From assembly GCA_035516895.1 (NCBI GenBank), contig DATIZY010000145.1, positions 1 through 55,891 on the forward strand: 55,891 nucleotides of DNA, written 5' to 3'. The position numbers and the translations under genes are program-made. This DNA comes from Thermoanaerobaculia bacterium. Lineage in GTDB: Bacteria; Acidobacteriota; Thermoanaerobaculia; Gp7-AA8. The notes below the pieces were generated by a model, which saw nothing but the letters and a program-made list of their open reading frames with translations, was not told where the DNA came from and ran no database searches. This document shows, one piece after another, positions 9,410 to 17,996 of this stretch (positions are counted from its first letter, which is position 1; each line of letters opens with the position of its first letter).

Positions 9410-10063
9410 TCACGCCGCCAACTCCAGCGCCTGCTGTTTCAGCGTGCGCAGATCGCCGGGCTTCGCACCCCACGGCGAGAATTTCTCGAGATCGCCCTGC
9501 CGCAGAATCTCCTCGACCGTCGCCGACGAATTTTTCTCGAGCACCTCGGTCGTGGTCAGCGTCGTCGCGTCGATGTACTCGCGAACGGCGTCGGCGAGCT
9601 CCGCCCAGGTGCGCGCACGCCCGACGGCATGGCGGAACCGCTCGGCGGGCGCAACGACCGGCTTCGGCAGTTTCTGTCGTTTCGCGAGCCAGACGACCGC
9701 GCTCCATGCGGCGATCGCGAGCAGCGCGGCGACGGCCATCAGCACGAACGGCGGCATCGGATACGGCTCGCGCTTCGGCGGCTTGAGCGGCGCGGGCGCG
9801 AGGTTGTCGCGCGGTTTGAGCACCGATCGGACCGGCACGATCAGGTTGCGAAATGCGATGCCGCCGACGCGGCCACTGATCGCGAACGGCTTCGGCTCGA
9901 ACGTTCGAATCACCACGCGCTTTCCGTGCTGGATAACGATTTCGTACTGCGGCGACCGATCGAGCGTCACCGCCTGAGGAAAATCGATCGTGATGAGATC
10001 GCCCACCGTCGGCGCAGGCGGCCGGAACGTCGCGGTGACGGCGAAGAGAACGATCGCAATCAT
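9410..10063 (-). CDS. Bat-operon membrane protein (possibly DUF4381-like)
   Basis: Starts at MIAIVLFAVTATF with an ATGA start/stop overlap onto the DUF58 gene. It has a central TM. The remainder of ORF 9410..10639 is out-of-frame overlap. Confidence 0.6.
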   Translation of the reverse strand: MIAIVLFAVTATFRPPAPTVGDLITIDFPQAVTLDRSPQYEIVIQHGKRVVIRTFEPKPFAISGRVGGIAFRNLIVPVRSVLKPRDNLAPAPLKPPKREPYPMPPFVLMAVAALLAIAAWSAVVWLAKRQKLPKPVVAPAERFRHAVGRARTWAELADAVREYIDATTLTTTEVLEKNSSATVEEILRQGDLEKFSPWGAKPGDLRTLKQQALELAA

Positions 10064-10953
10064 GACGCCCGCTGCACGCGCTCCCGGAAAAATCGAAGCA
10101 GCTCGCGATCGTACGGAATCGCGGTCGACACCGCGAGCGCGTCGACGCCCGCGCTGCGCCAGCGCCGCGCGATCTGCTGCTGCCGCTGCGCCGCGCGCCG
10201 CCCCACTTCGGCGCGGCCGATGTCGATGAGACGCATCGCGCCCGTTTCGGCGTCGACGACGCGCGCCAGCGCGCCCGAAGGAAAGCGCTCTTCGCGGGGA
10301 TCGATGATCTGGATCGCGATCAGATCGTGGCGGCGGTTCAGCCGCTTCATCGCCCTCTCGAAATTCAGATTGAGGTAATCGGAGATCATCAGCACGACGG
10401 CGCGCTTCGACGTCACGCGCTCGAGAAACTGTGCGGCGCGATCGAAGTCGGCGACGCCGCTGCAGCCGCGCATCGCCGCGTCGACCGCCGAATGCACGAT
10501 GACCTCCGCATGCGCGTGGCCGCGCCGCGGCGGCAGGTAGCGCCGAATGCCGTCGGAGAAGAGCAGCAGTCCGGCGCGATCGGAGTTTTCGACGGCCGAA
10601 AACGCGAACACCGCCGCGAGCTCGGCCGCGATGTCGCACTTGCGCCAGTCGACGGAGCCGAACGCCATCGACGCCGACACATCGATCGCCACGATGACCG
10701 TCAGATCGCGCTCTTCGATGAACTCCTTGACGTGCGGCGCCCCGGTGCGCGCCGTGACGTTCCAGTCGATCGTGCGGATGTCGTCGCCGGGCTGATACTC
10801 GCGCACCTGGGAGAACTCGATTCCTCGACCGTGAAACGCCGAGTGGTAATCGCCCGCGAATCCCGCACGGATCAGCCGCGCGGAGACGATCTCCAGATCG
10901 CGAACGCGCTTCGCAGCGGGCACTTTGAATTGCGGTGGCCTGGATCGGAACAT
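10060..10953 (-). CDS. DUF58 domain protein (MoxR-associated)
   Basis: GIEFSQVREYQPGDDIRTIDWNVTAR is the DUF58 signature, followed by a VWA-like DVSASM. Confidence 0.9.
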   Translation of the reverse strand: MFRSRPPQFKVPAAKRVRDLEIVSARLIRAGFAGDYHSAFHGRGIEFSQVREYQPGDDIRTIDWNVTARTGAPHVKEFIEERDLTVIVAIDVSASMAFGSVDWRKCDIAAELAAVFAFSAVENSDRAGLLLFSDGIRRYLPPRRGHAHAEVIVHSAVDAAMRGCSGVADFDRAAQFLERVTSKRAVVLMISDYLNLNFERAMKRLNRRHDLIAIQIIDPREERFPSGALARVVDAETGAMRLIDIGRAEVGRRAAQRQQQIARRWRSAGVDALAVSTAIPYDRELLRFFRERVQRAS

Positions 10954-10957
10954 CGAA

Positions 10958-11008
10958 GTCCTGAGTCCTGAATCCTGAGTCCCGCCATCCCCTCAGGACT
11001 CAGGACTC
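10958..11008. repeat. Heptamer-array hairpin: (GTCCTGA)x3.5 followed by (TCAGGAC)x2
   Basis: The inverted arms are separated by 9 nt and fill the whole moxR-DUF58 intergenic gap. Confidence 0.85.
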
Positions 11009-11010
11009 GT

Positions 11011-11976
11011 CTACGGTACGGTGACGCCGCCTAACACCTGATCGACGATTTTGTCCGCGGTCACGTTCTCCGCCGCGGCCTCGTAGCTGAGGACGAGCCG
11101 GTGCCGCAGCACGTCGTGCGCGACCGCCTTCACATCCTCCGGAATCACGTATGCACGCCCCTCGATGAACGCGTGTCCTTTCGCGACGTGCGCCAGCGCG
11201 AGCGTCGCGCGCGGCGACGCGCCCCAGGTCACGTGCTGCGACGGCTTGCGCGTCGCGGCGACGAGCCGCACGATGTAGCGGCTGATCTTCTCGTCGACGT
11301 GGACCGAGCCCGCGAGATGTGCGATCTCGTGGATCGCGCTCAGCGGCAGCACGCGGCGGACCTCCGGCATCTCCGTCATCGGATCGAGATACATCGCGAG
11401 CATGCGCATCTCTTCGTCGGCCGACGGATAGTCGACCTTCAGCTTCATCACGAATCGATCAACCTGCGCCTCCGGCAGCGCGTACGTGCCCTCGTGCTCG
11501 ATGGGATTCTGCGTCGCGATGACCACGAACGGATCGGGCAGCGCGTAGGTCGTATCGCCGATCGTGACCTGCCGCTCCTGCATCGCCTCGAGGAGAGCGC
11601 TCTGCACCTTCGCCGGCGCGCGGTTGATCTCGTCGCCGAGGATCAGGTTCGCGAAAATGGGACCGAGGCGGGCGTTGAAGGTGCGGCCGGCGGGGTCGAA
11701 GATCATCGTCCCGGTGATGTCGGCGGGCAGAAGATCGGGTGTGAATTGAATGCGCTTGAACGTCCCGTCGATCGCCGCGGCGAGCGTTTTCACAAGGAGC
11801 GTCTTCGCGAGGCCGGGCAACCCTTCGACGAGCACATGCCCGCGAATGAGCAGCGCGATGACGAGGCGGTCGACGATTGCCTGCTGCCCGACGACGACCC
11901 GCCCGACCTCCTTGCGGAGACGGTCGATCGTCTCGTGAGCGCCGGCGATCTGATTGTTGATGGTGGCTTGGTCCAT
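11011..11976 (-). CDS. moxR: MoxR-family AAA+ ATPase
   Basis: Starts at MDQATINNQ and carries the Walker A-like LVEGLPGLAKT. The upstream part of ORF 11011..12393 is antisense to rsmA and was trimmed. Confidence 0.9.
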   Translation of the reverse strand: MDQATINNQIAGAHETIDRLRKEVGRVVVGQQAIVDRLVIALLIRGHVLVEGLPGLAKTLLVKTLAAAIDGTFKRIQFTPDLLPADITGTMIFDPAGRTFNARLGPIFANLILGDEINRAPAKVQSALLEAMQERQVTIGDTTYALPDPFVVIATQNPIEHEGTYALPEAQVDRFVMKLKVDYPSADEEMRMLAMYLDPMTEMPEVRRVLPLSAIHEIAHLAGSVHVDEKISRYIVRLVAATRKPSQHVTWGASPRATLALAHVAKGHAFIEGRAYVIPEDVKAVAHDVLRHRLVLSYEAAAENVTADKIVDQVLGGVTVP

Positions 11977-11983
11977 TATTTTA

Positions 11984-11989
11984 AGTCTA
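11984..11989 (-). promoter_or_regulatory. -10-like hexamer TAGACT within the shared CTCAGGATAGACT module, 7 nt upstream of the moxR ATG
   Basis: The 13-nt string is identical to 51873-51885 upstream of pepA. No SD is present. Confidence 0.45.
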
Positions 11990-12022
11990 TCCTGAGGGAG
12001 CGAAGCGACCGAAGGATCTCCG

Positions 12023-12859
12023 GTGCCAAGGCAAAAATGGCGCCCCACGAGCGCGACGCTTCGCAGCGATCGGAGCGGCGCCACGGGAGATGCTTCGGCG
12101 CAGCATAAATTGAAACCCAAAAAGAAGTGGGGCCAAAACTTCCTCCGCAACAAGGCCGCGGCCGAGAAAATTGTCGCCGCGGTGGAACCGGAGCCGGGCG
12201 ACGTCATCGTCGAGATCGGCCCCGGCGAGGGAGTGCTGACCGAGAAGCTCGCCGCGCTGCCGAATGAGCTGCAGGCGATCGAGATCGATCCCGAGCTCGC
12301 CGAGCGGCTGCGGCAACGATTCGGCGACATCATCGTCACCGCCGACGCGCTGCAGGCGCCGCTCCCCACTCGTCCGTTCCGCGCGGTCGGCAATCTTCCC
12401 TACAACGCCGGCACTCCGATCCTTCGGCGCGTCATCGCCGATCCGCATTTCCGCCGCGCCGTATTCATGCTGCAGAAAGAAGTCGCCGATCGACTCGTGG
12501 CGAAGCCGCGCGACGAGCAGTACGGATTTCTCACGCTCGACCGACAGCTCTTCGCGACGGCGCGGATTCTGATGACGCTCGAGCCGGGCTCATTTCATCC
12601 GCGGCCGAAGGTGCGAAGCGCGGTCGTGGTGCTCGACGCCGATCGCAAGCCCTACGCGACCCGCGAGGTCATCGATCTCATCAGCGCCGCGTTTCGCATG
12701 CGCCGGAAGAAACTGGTCAATAACTTGACTATTTTGTACCCGCGGGATGAGGTGCTCGCTGCGATGCGCGATGCCGGCGTCCACGAAAACGCCCGTGCCG
12801 AGGAGTTGGGGCTGGAAGCATTTGTTAGAATGGCCGCCCACTTCAGGAGGCCCACGTGA
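12023..12859 (+). CDS. rsmA: 16S rRNA (adenine1518/1519-N6)-dimethyltransferase
   Basis: Motifs KKWGQNFL, VEIGPGEGVLT and GNLPYN. The start is uncertain: GTG at 12023, or TTG at 12110, which would give MKPKKKWGQNFL. Confidence 0.85.
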   Translation: MPRQKWRPTSATLRSDRSGATGDASAQHKLKPKKKWGQNFLRNKAAAEKIVAAVEPEPGDVIVEIGPGEGVLTEKLAALPNELQAIEIDPELAERLRQRFGDIIVTADALQAPLPTRPFRAVGNLPYNAGTPILRRVIADPHFRRAVFMLQKEVADRLVAKPRDEQYGFLTLDRQLFATARILMTLEPGSFHPRPKVRSAVVVLDADRKPYATREVIDLISAAFRMRRKKLVNNLTILYPRDEVLAAMRDAGVHENARAEELGLEAFVRMAAHFRRPT

Positions 12860-15444
12860 CTCTTCGGTTTCGTCTGTTGTTTCTCGCCGCCGCTTCGCTT
12901 CTCGCCCTCCCCGCCGCCGCTCAACAGTTCGCCTGCAACCTCGGGATGACCCTGAACTGCAACGGCGCAAGCTGCACCGCGACGACCGTAAATCTCGGGT
13001 CGAACACGTGCAGCGGCGAGTACATCGTCGGTTTCATCATCGCGGACGAGCAGAAGCAGGGAACGGTGACGAACTTCAGCACGACGCTGCCGCTGTCGGG
13101 CGAGTTCTGCCTCGACAACACGTCGTTTCCGACCATCGGCGAGGGTCTCGGCGCCTGCGTCGGAATCGGCTCGCTGGGACCGGGGGCATCGTTCACGAGT
13201 ACCGGCAACGTGAACTTCGCCGGCGCGCAGCCATCGAGCCTCCTCGCCGTCACGATCGTTGACGATCCCAACACAGACCAAACGCTTGCCGAGGCGTATG
13301 TCATCAACCAGGTGGGCCCGGTGGCGACGTGCACGCCTGTGGCGAGCGTGCCGCCGGTCACGCAATCGGGATCAGCCTACAACGTCACGTGGACCGCGGT
13401 CACCGAGCCGAACGCGACCTACACCGTCGAGGAATCGACGAGCCCGAATTTCTCCCCGATCACCGACACACGGCAGACGAACTCGCTGTCGGCGACGTTC
13501 CAGCACAGCGTCACCACGTCGACGAACTACTTCTACCGCGTGCGCGCAAATACCTGCGGCGGCGCGGCCGGATCGAATTCGACGCTCGTCGCGATCGTCG
13601 TGCAGCCGGTGCCGGTCGTCAGCGGACGTCAGGGCGACGTCGTGACGCCGGTCGGCAGCACGAATCCGGTCCAGATGAAAGTGAACATCCCAGGGCCGTC
13701 AGCGCCGGTGCCATTCACAGCGAGCGTGAACAAGCCGTACTTCAGCGTCTCGCCGTCGTCGGGAACGCTTGGGACGAGCGGCATGACGCTGACGATCACC
13801 GCGAATCCGTCGAATCTGCCGCCGGGCGCGAACACCGGCACGCTCACAGTGACGACGGGCAGCGGCAAGATCGGCGCGAGCGGAACGACGACCACGAGCA
13901 CGACCGTCTCCGTCAGCCTGACAACGCCGGTCGCACCGGGAACGAAATCGCTTCCGCCGTCGAACACGCTCATCATTCCCGCGGTCGCACACGCGCCGGG
14001 CGCACTCGGGCCGTTCCAGTCGGACGTCCGGCTGACGAATGCCGGCGCCGCATCGACGTCGTATCAGCTGACCTACACGCCGCAAGGCACCGACGCAACG
14101 CAATCCAGCAAGCAGACGACGATCACGATCGATCCGGGCCAGACGATCGCGCTCAATGACATTCTCAACGATTTCTTCGGCGTCGGCTCGACCGGGCAGG
14201 CAAACGATCAGGGTCAGGGCGCGTTGGAAATCCGTCCGCTCAACAGCTCGTCGAATCAGAATTACGCATCGAGCCGCACGTTCACTTTCAATGCGAAGGG
14301 AACGTTCGGGCAGTTCATCGCCGCGATTCCGTTCTCGACATTCGCGACGAAAGCCGCGCTCGTTCCGATTCCGGGAAGGCCGGCACCGACCGGAACTCCG
14401 TCGCTCAGCCTGCAGCAGGTCGCCTGCTGTGTCGGCTCGTTCCGCACGAACCTCGGCATCGCCGAAGGCTCGGGGACGCCGGCGAATGGTCACATCAATT
14501 TGTATGACGTAAACGGAACACAGCTCGGGTCGGTGCCTTACTCGCTGCTTCCGGGCGAGCAGCTGCAGAAGCCGCTCGGGCCGCCTTCGAACCCGAATAG
14601 CTGGTTACTGCCCGAAGTCGCTGACGGCCGCATCGAAGTGACCGTCGAATCGTCGACGGGCGCGGTGACCGCGTACGCGTCGGTGCTCGACAACAACACG
14701 AACGATCCGCTCGAGGTCACGCCGGTGCAGGTGTCGCAGGTGAGTGCGAATCGTTACATCCTCCCGGGCATGGCCGCGCTGGGATCGACCGGGACCGGAT
14801 CCTTCCACTCCGATGTACGGCTCTTCAACGGCGGCACGACCGCCGTGACGGTGACTCCGACGTATTACCCGCAGGGCGGCGGCACTCCGGTCGCGGGGAC
14901 TCCGTTCACGCTCGGTGGCGGACAGGTGAAAGCCTTCAACGACATGATCGCCACAACATTCAATCAGCCGTCGAGCGGCGGACAAGTCGTCTTCACGACG
15001 GCCGCGGCGTCGTCGCTCGTCGCGACCGGCACGACATACACGATCGATCCGACGGCGAACAACGGCAGGTACGGCCAGTTCATCCCGGGCGTCATGTCAA
15101 CGCAGGGAATCGCCAATGGCGACCAGCCGCTCCAGATTCTGCAGCTCGAGCAGTCGACGAATTTCCGCTCGAACGTCGCCGTGTTCGAGCTGACGGGCAA
15201 CCCGGCGACCGTGCACATCACGGCGTACGTTCCCGATTCGAAGATCACCGCATCGACCGACGTGCAGCTCGCGGGCAATCAGTTCATGCAGCTCAATTCG
15301 ATCCTCGCCGGCATGTACCCGGGACAGGATGTGTACAACGCTCGTGTCAGCGTGCAGGTCACTGGCGGCACCGGCCGCGTGAGCGCGTACGGCTCGATCA
15401 TCGACAACGCCAGCCTCGATCCGACGTACGTACCGGCGCAGTAA
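12856..15444 (+). CDS. Large secreted protein: signal peptide, Cys-rich segment, FN3-like and Ig/BACON-like domains, then two tandem ~240-aa modules of unknown family
   Basis: GTG start with an AGGAGG SD 5 nt upstream and a GTGA overlap with the rsmA stop. Signal peptide LLFLAAASLLALPAAAQ. The internal duplication shares the motifs SDVRLxNxG, GQFI and AY[AG]S[VI][IL]DN...DP. Confidence 0.75.
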   Translation: MTLRFRLLFLAAASLLALPAAAQQFACNLGMTLNCNGASCTATTVNLGSNTCSGEYIVGFIIADEQKQGTVTNFSTTLPLSGEFCLDNTSFPTIGEGLGACVGIGSLGPGASFTSTGNVNFAGAQPSSLLAVTIVDDPNTDQTLAEAYVINQVGPVATCTPVASVPPVTQSGSAYNVTWTAVTEPNATYTVEESTSPNFSPITDTRQTNSLSATFQHSVTTSTNYFYRVRANTCGGAAGSNSTLVAIVVQPVPVVSGRQGDVVTPVGSTNPVQMKVNIPGPSAPVPFTASVNKPYFSVSPSSGTLGTSGMTLTITANPSNLPPGANTGTLTVTTGSGKIGASGTTTTSTTVSVSLTTPVAPGTKSLPPSNTLIIPAVAHAPGALGPFQSDVRLTNAGAASTSYQLTYTPQGTDATQSSKQTTITIDPGQTIALNDILNDFFGVGSTGQANDQGQGALEIRPLNSSSNQNYASSRTFTFNAKGTFGQFIAAIPFSTFATKAALVPIPGRPAPTGTPSLSLQQVACCVGSFRTNLGIAEGSGTPANGHINLYDVNGTQLGSVPYSLLPGEQLQKPLGPPSNPNSWLLPEVADGRIEVTVESSTGAVTAYASVLDNNTNDPLEVTPVQVSQVSANRYILPGMAALGSTGTGSFHSDVRLFNGGTTAVTVTPTYYPQGGGTPVAGTPFTLGGGQVKAFNDMIATTFNQPSSGGQVVFTTAAASSLVATGTTYTIDPTANNGRYGQFIPGVMSTQGIANGDQPLQILQLEQSTNFRSNVAVFELTGNPATVHITAYVPDSKITASTDVQLAGNQFMQLNSILAGMYPGQDVYNARVSVQVTGGTGRVSAYGSIIDNASLDPTYVPAQ

Positions 15445-17424
15445 ATGACGAGCGGCGAGCAGCGAGCGGCGAGCGGGACCGTCGAATCCCCTCGCCCGCC
15501 CGCCGCACGCCGCACGCAACCCGTCGAATACATCTGCCCCATGGACCCGGAGGTCGTTCGCGATGCGCCGGGTGCATGTCCCATCTGCGGCATGGCGCTC
15601 GAACCGCGCACACCTTCGCTCGAAGATCAGCCGAACCCCGAGCTCATCGACATGCGGCGGCGCTTCGTCGTCAGCGCGATCCTCACCGCGCCGATTCTCA
15701 TCGGCGGCATGCTCGAGATCCTGCCCGCGTGGATCCAGTTCGCTCTTGCGACTCCGGTCGTCTTCTGGGGCGGCTGGCCGTTTTTCTTCCGCGGCTGGTA
15801 CTCGATCGTCACTCGCCACCTCAACATGTTCACCCTCATCGCCCTCGGCACCGCCTCTGCCTATGTTTACAGCATCTTTGCGACGCTGACCGGCCGTCCC
15901 GTTTATTTCGAAGCGGCCGCCGTCATCACGACGCTCGTGTTGTTAGGCCAGGTCCTCGAGCTTCGCGCGCGCGAGCGGACGTCGGCGGCGATCAAGTCGC
16001 TGCTCGCGCTGACGCCGAAGACCGCGCGCGTGATCCTCATCGACGACGAAGTCGACGTGCCGATCGAGCAGATCCGCCCCGGATTTCTGATCCGCGTCCG
16101 CCCCGGTGAGCGCGTCGCCGCCGACGGCGAGGTCGTCGAGGGGACCACATCGATCGACGAGTCGATGATCACCGGCGAGCCGATGCCGGTCGAAAAGAAT
16201 CCGGGCGACAAAATCACTGCCGGCACTGTCAACACCACCGGCGCGGTCGTCATCGAAGCGCAGCGCGTTGGCGGCGACACGCTCGTCGCCAGCATCGTGC
16301 GCATGGTGGCCGAGGCGCAGAGGAGCCGCGCGCCGATTCAGAGGATGGCCGATGTCGTCGCCGGATGGTTCGTGCCGATCGTCATCACGATCGCGCTGAT
16401 CACGTTCGCCGTCTGGTTTCGATTCGGCGCCGCGCAGGCGCTGGTCAATGCGGTGGCGGTGCTGATCATCGCCTGCCCGTGCGCGATCGGTCTGGCGACG
16501 CCGATGTCGGTGATGGTCGCGACGGGAAAAGGCGCCACCGCCGGCATTCTCATCAAAAACGCTGAAGCGCTCGAGCGGATGTCGCGCGTCGACACGATCG
16601 CGCTCGACAAGACCGGCACGCTGACCGAAGGCAGGCCGAAAGTCGTTGCCGTCGATGGTGGCGACGAGGTGCTCGCGCTCGCGGCGGCGGTCGAGCGCGC
16701 GAGCGAACATCCGCTGGCCGGCGCGATCATCGCCGAAGCCGAACGCCGCGGCCTGACGATCGGCGACGCGCGCGATGTGACGATCACGCCGGGCCATGGC
16801 GTCACCGGCATCGTCGATGGACGGCGCGTCGAAGTCGGCCGCAATGGTGTGATCGCCGACGGAAAAACGATCGGGCGCATCACGTTTGCCGATCCGGTCA
16901 AGGCGACGACCGCCGAAGCGGTCCGCTCGCTGCACGCGAAAGGCCTCGCCGTGGCGATGATCACGGGCGACGCGCGCGCGACCGCGGAGTCGGTGGCGAA
17001 AGAGATCGGAATCGATCGGGTCGAAGCGGAAGTCCTGCCGGCCGACAAGGCGGCCGTCGTCGCGAAGCTGCAGAAGGAAGGTCATCGCGTGGCCATGGCC
17101 GGCGACGGCATCAACGACGCGCCGGCGCTCGCGCGCGCGGATGTCGGCATCGCGATGGGCACCGGCACGGACGTCGCGATCGAGAGCGCGGGCATCACCC
17201 TCGTCAAAGGGGATCTGCGCGGCATCGTTCGGGCGCGTAATCTCAGCGAAGCGATGATGCGCAACATCAAACAGAATCTCTTCCTCGCGTTCATCTACAA
17301 CGTCGCGGCGATTCCGCTCGCCGGCTTCGGCTGGCTCAGCCCGATGATCGCCAGCGCGGCGATGACGTTCAGCTCCGTCACCGTGATCAGCAACGCGCTG
17401 CGGCTTCGCCGCGCGCGGCTGTAG
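15445..17424 (+). CDS. copA: Cu(I)-translocating P1B-type ATPase with an N-terminal YxCPMxPxV...CPxCGM metal-binding domain
   Basis: Motifs CPC ([12 protein letters not shown]), DKTGTLT and GDGINDAP, with TM7 YN and TM8 MxxSS copper signatures. The ATG directly abuts the upstream TAA. Confidence 0.9.
   Translation: MTSGEQRAASGTVESPRPPAARRTQPVEYICPMDPEVVRDAPGACPICGMALEPRTPSLEDQPNPELIDMRRRFVVSAILTAPILIGGMLEILPAWIQFALATPVVFWGGWPFFFRGWYSIVTRHLNMFTLIALGTASAYVYSIFATLTGRPVYFEAAAVITTLVLLGQVLELRARERTSAAIKSLLALTPKTARVILIDDEVDVPIEQIRPGFLIRVRPGERVAADGEVVEGTTSIDESMITGEPMPVEKNPGDKITAGTVNTTGAVVIEAQRVGGDTLVASIVRMVAEAQRSRAPIQRMADVVAGWFVPIVITIALITFAVWFRFGAAQALVNAVAVLIIACPCAIGLATPMSVMVATGKGATAGILIKNAEALERMSRVDTIALDKTGTLTEGRPKVVAVDGGDEVLALAAAVERASEHPLAGAIIAEAERRGLTIGDARDVTITPGHGVTGIVDGRRVEVGRNGVIADGKTIGRITFADPVKATTAEAVRSLHAKGLAVAMITGDARATAESVAKEIGIDRVEAEVLPADKAAVVAKLQKEGHRVAMAGDGINDAPALARADVGIAMGTGTDVAIESAGITLVKGDLRGIVRARNLSEAMMRNIKQNLFLAFIYNVAAIPLAGFGWLSPMIASAAMTFSSVTVISNALRLRRARL
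15449..15476 (+). repeat. (CGAGCGG)x4 heptamer array inside the first 11 codons of copA
   Basis: CGAGCGG CGAGCAG CGAGCGG CGAGCGG. The same heptamer family occurs at 33744-33771. Confidence 0.8.
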
Positions 17425-17440
17425 AGCCTCGAGCGAAGGC

Positions 17441-17896
17441 CTACGCGCGTTTGCGCGGCCGCTGCTTCGCCGACACCGAGCGGATGATCAGCCTCCCTCG
17501 TCCGCGCGCCGGCAGCGGCTCCTTCGACTGCGCCACCGCCGCATCGATCAGCTCAGCGACCGCCGTGCGGCCGAGGACGTCGGGCGACGGAACACGGAGA
17601 AAACGCGTTTGCTTGCCCGAGCCCTGCAGGATTTTGTGCGGATCGCGGAGCGAAGCCCCGCGAAGGAAGCAGAGTCCCACGCCGTTCGCGGCTGCAGCGA
17701 TCGACAGAAAACAATCGGACGGTTTCTCGGTCGGGCCGTAGCCGATGACGAAGAAGTTGTAGTTGTCGTACGCGAGCTCGTTGGCCGTCGGAAAGCGCTT
17801 GCGCAGTTTTGCGCGCACGCTGCGGATGAGCTTCCGGTGCGCCGGCGTGAACTTGCCGATGAAGTCGCGAAGCTGCTGTTCGGGAGTGCGCTGCAT
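17441..17896 (-). CDS. DUF1801 (YdhG-like) domain protein
   Basis: Starts at the internal Met, MQRTPEQQLRDFIGKF. It resembles the second DUF1801-like gene at 31309-31725. Confidence 0.6.
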   Translation of the reverse strand: MQRTPEQQLRDFIGKFTPAHRKLIRSVRAKLRKRFPTANELAYDNYNFFVIGYGPTEKPSDCFLSIAAAANGVGLCFLRGASLRDPHKILQGSGKQTRFLRVPSPDVLGRTAVAELIDAAVAQSKEPLPARGRGRLIIRSVSAKQRPRKRA

Positions 17897-17996
17897 GTTT
17901 GTGCGTCCATCATACTGAAGGTGTTGATCTCCGTCGCTCTTCAGCCCCGGCACCGCGCCCTTTTTTCCGCGGATGCCGCATCCGCGCCGGCCGTCG

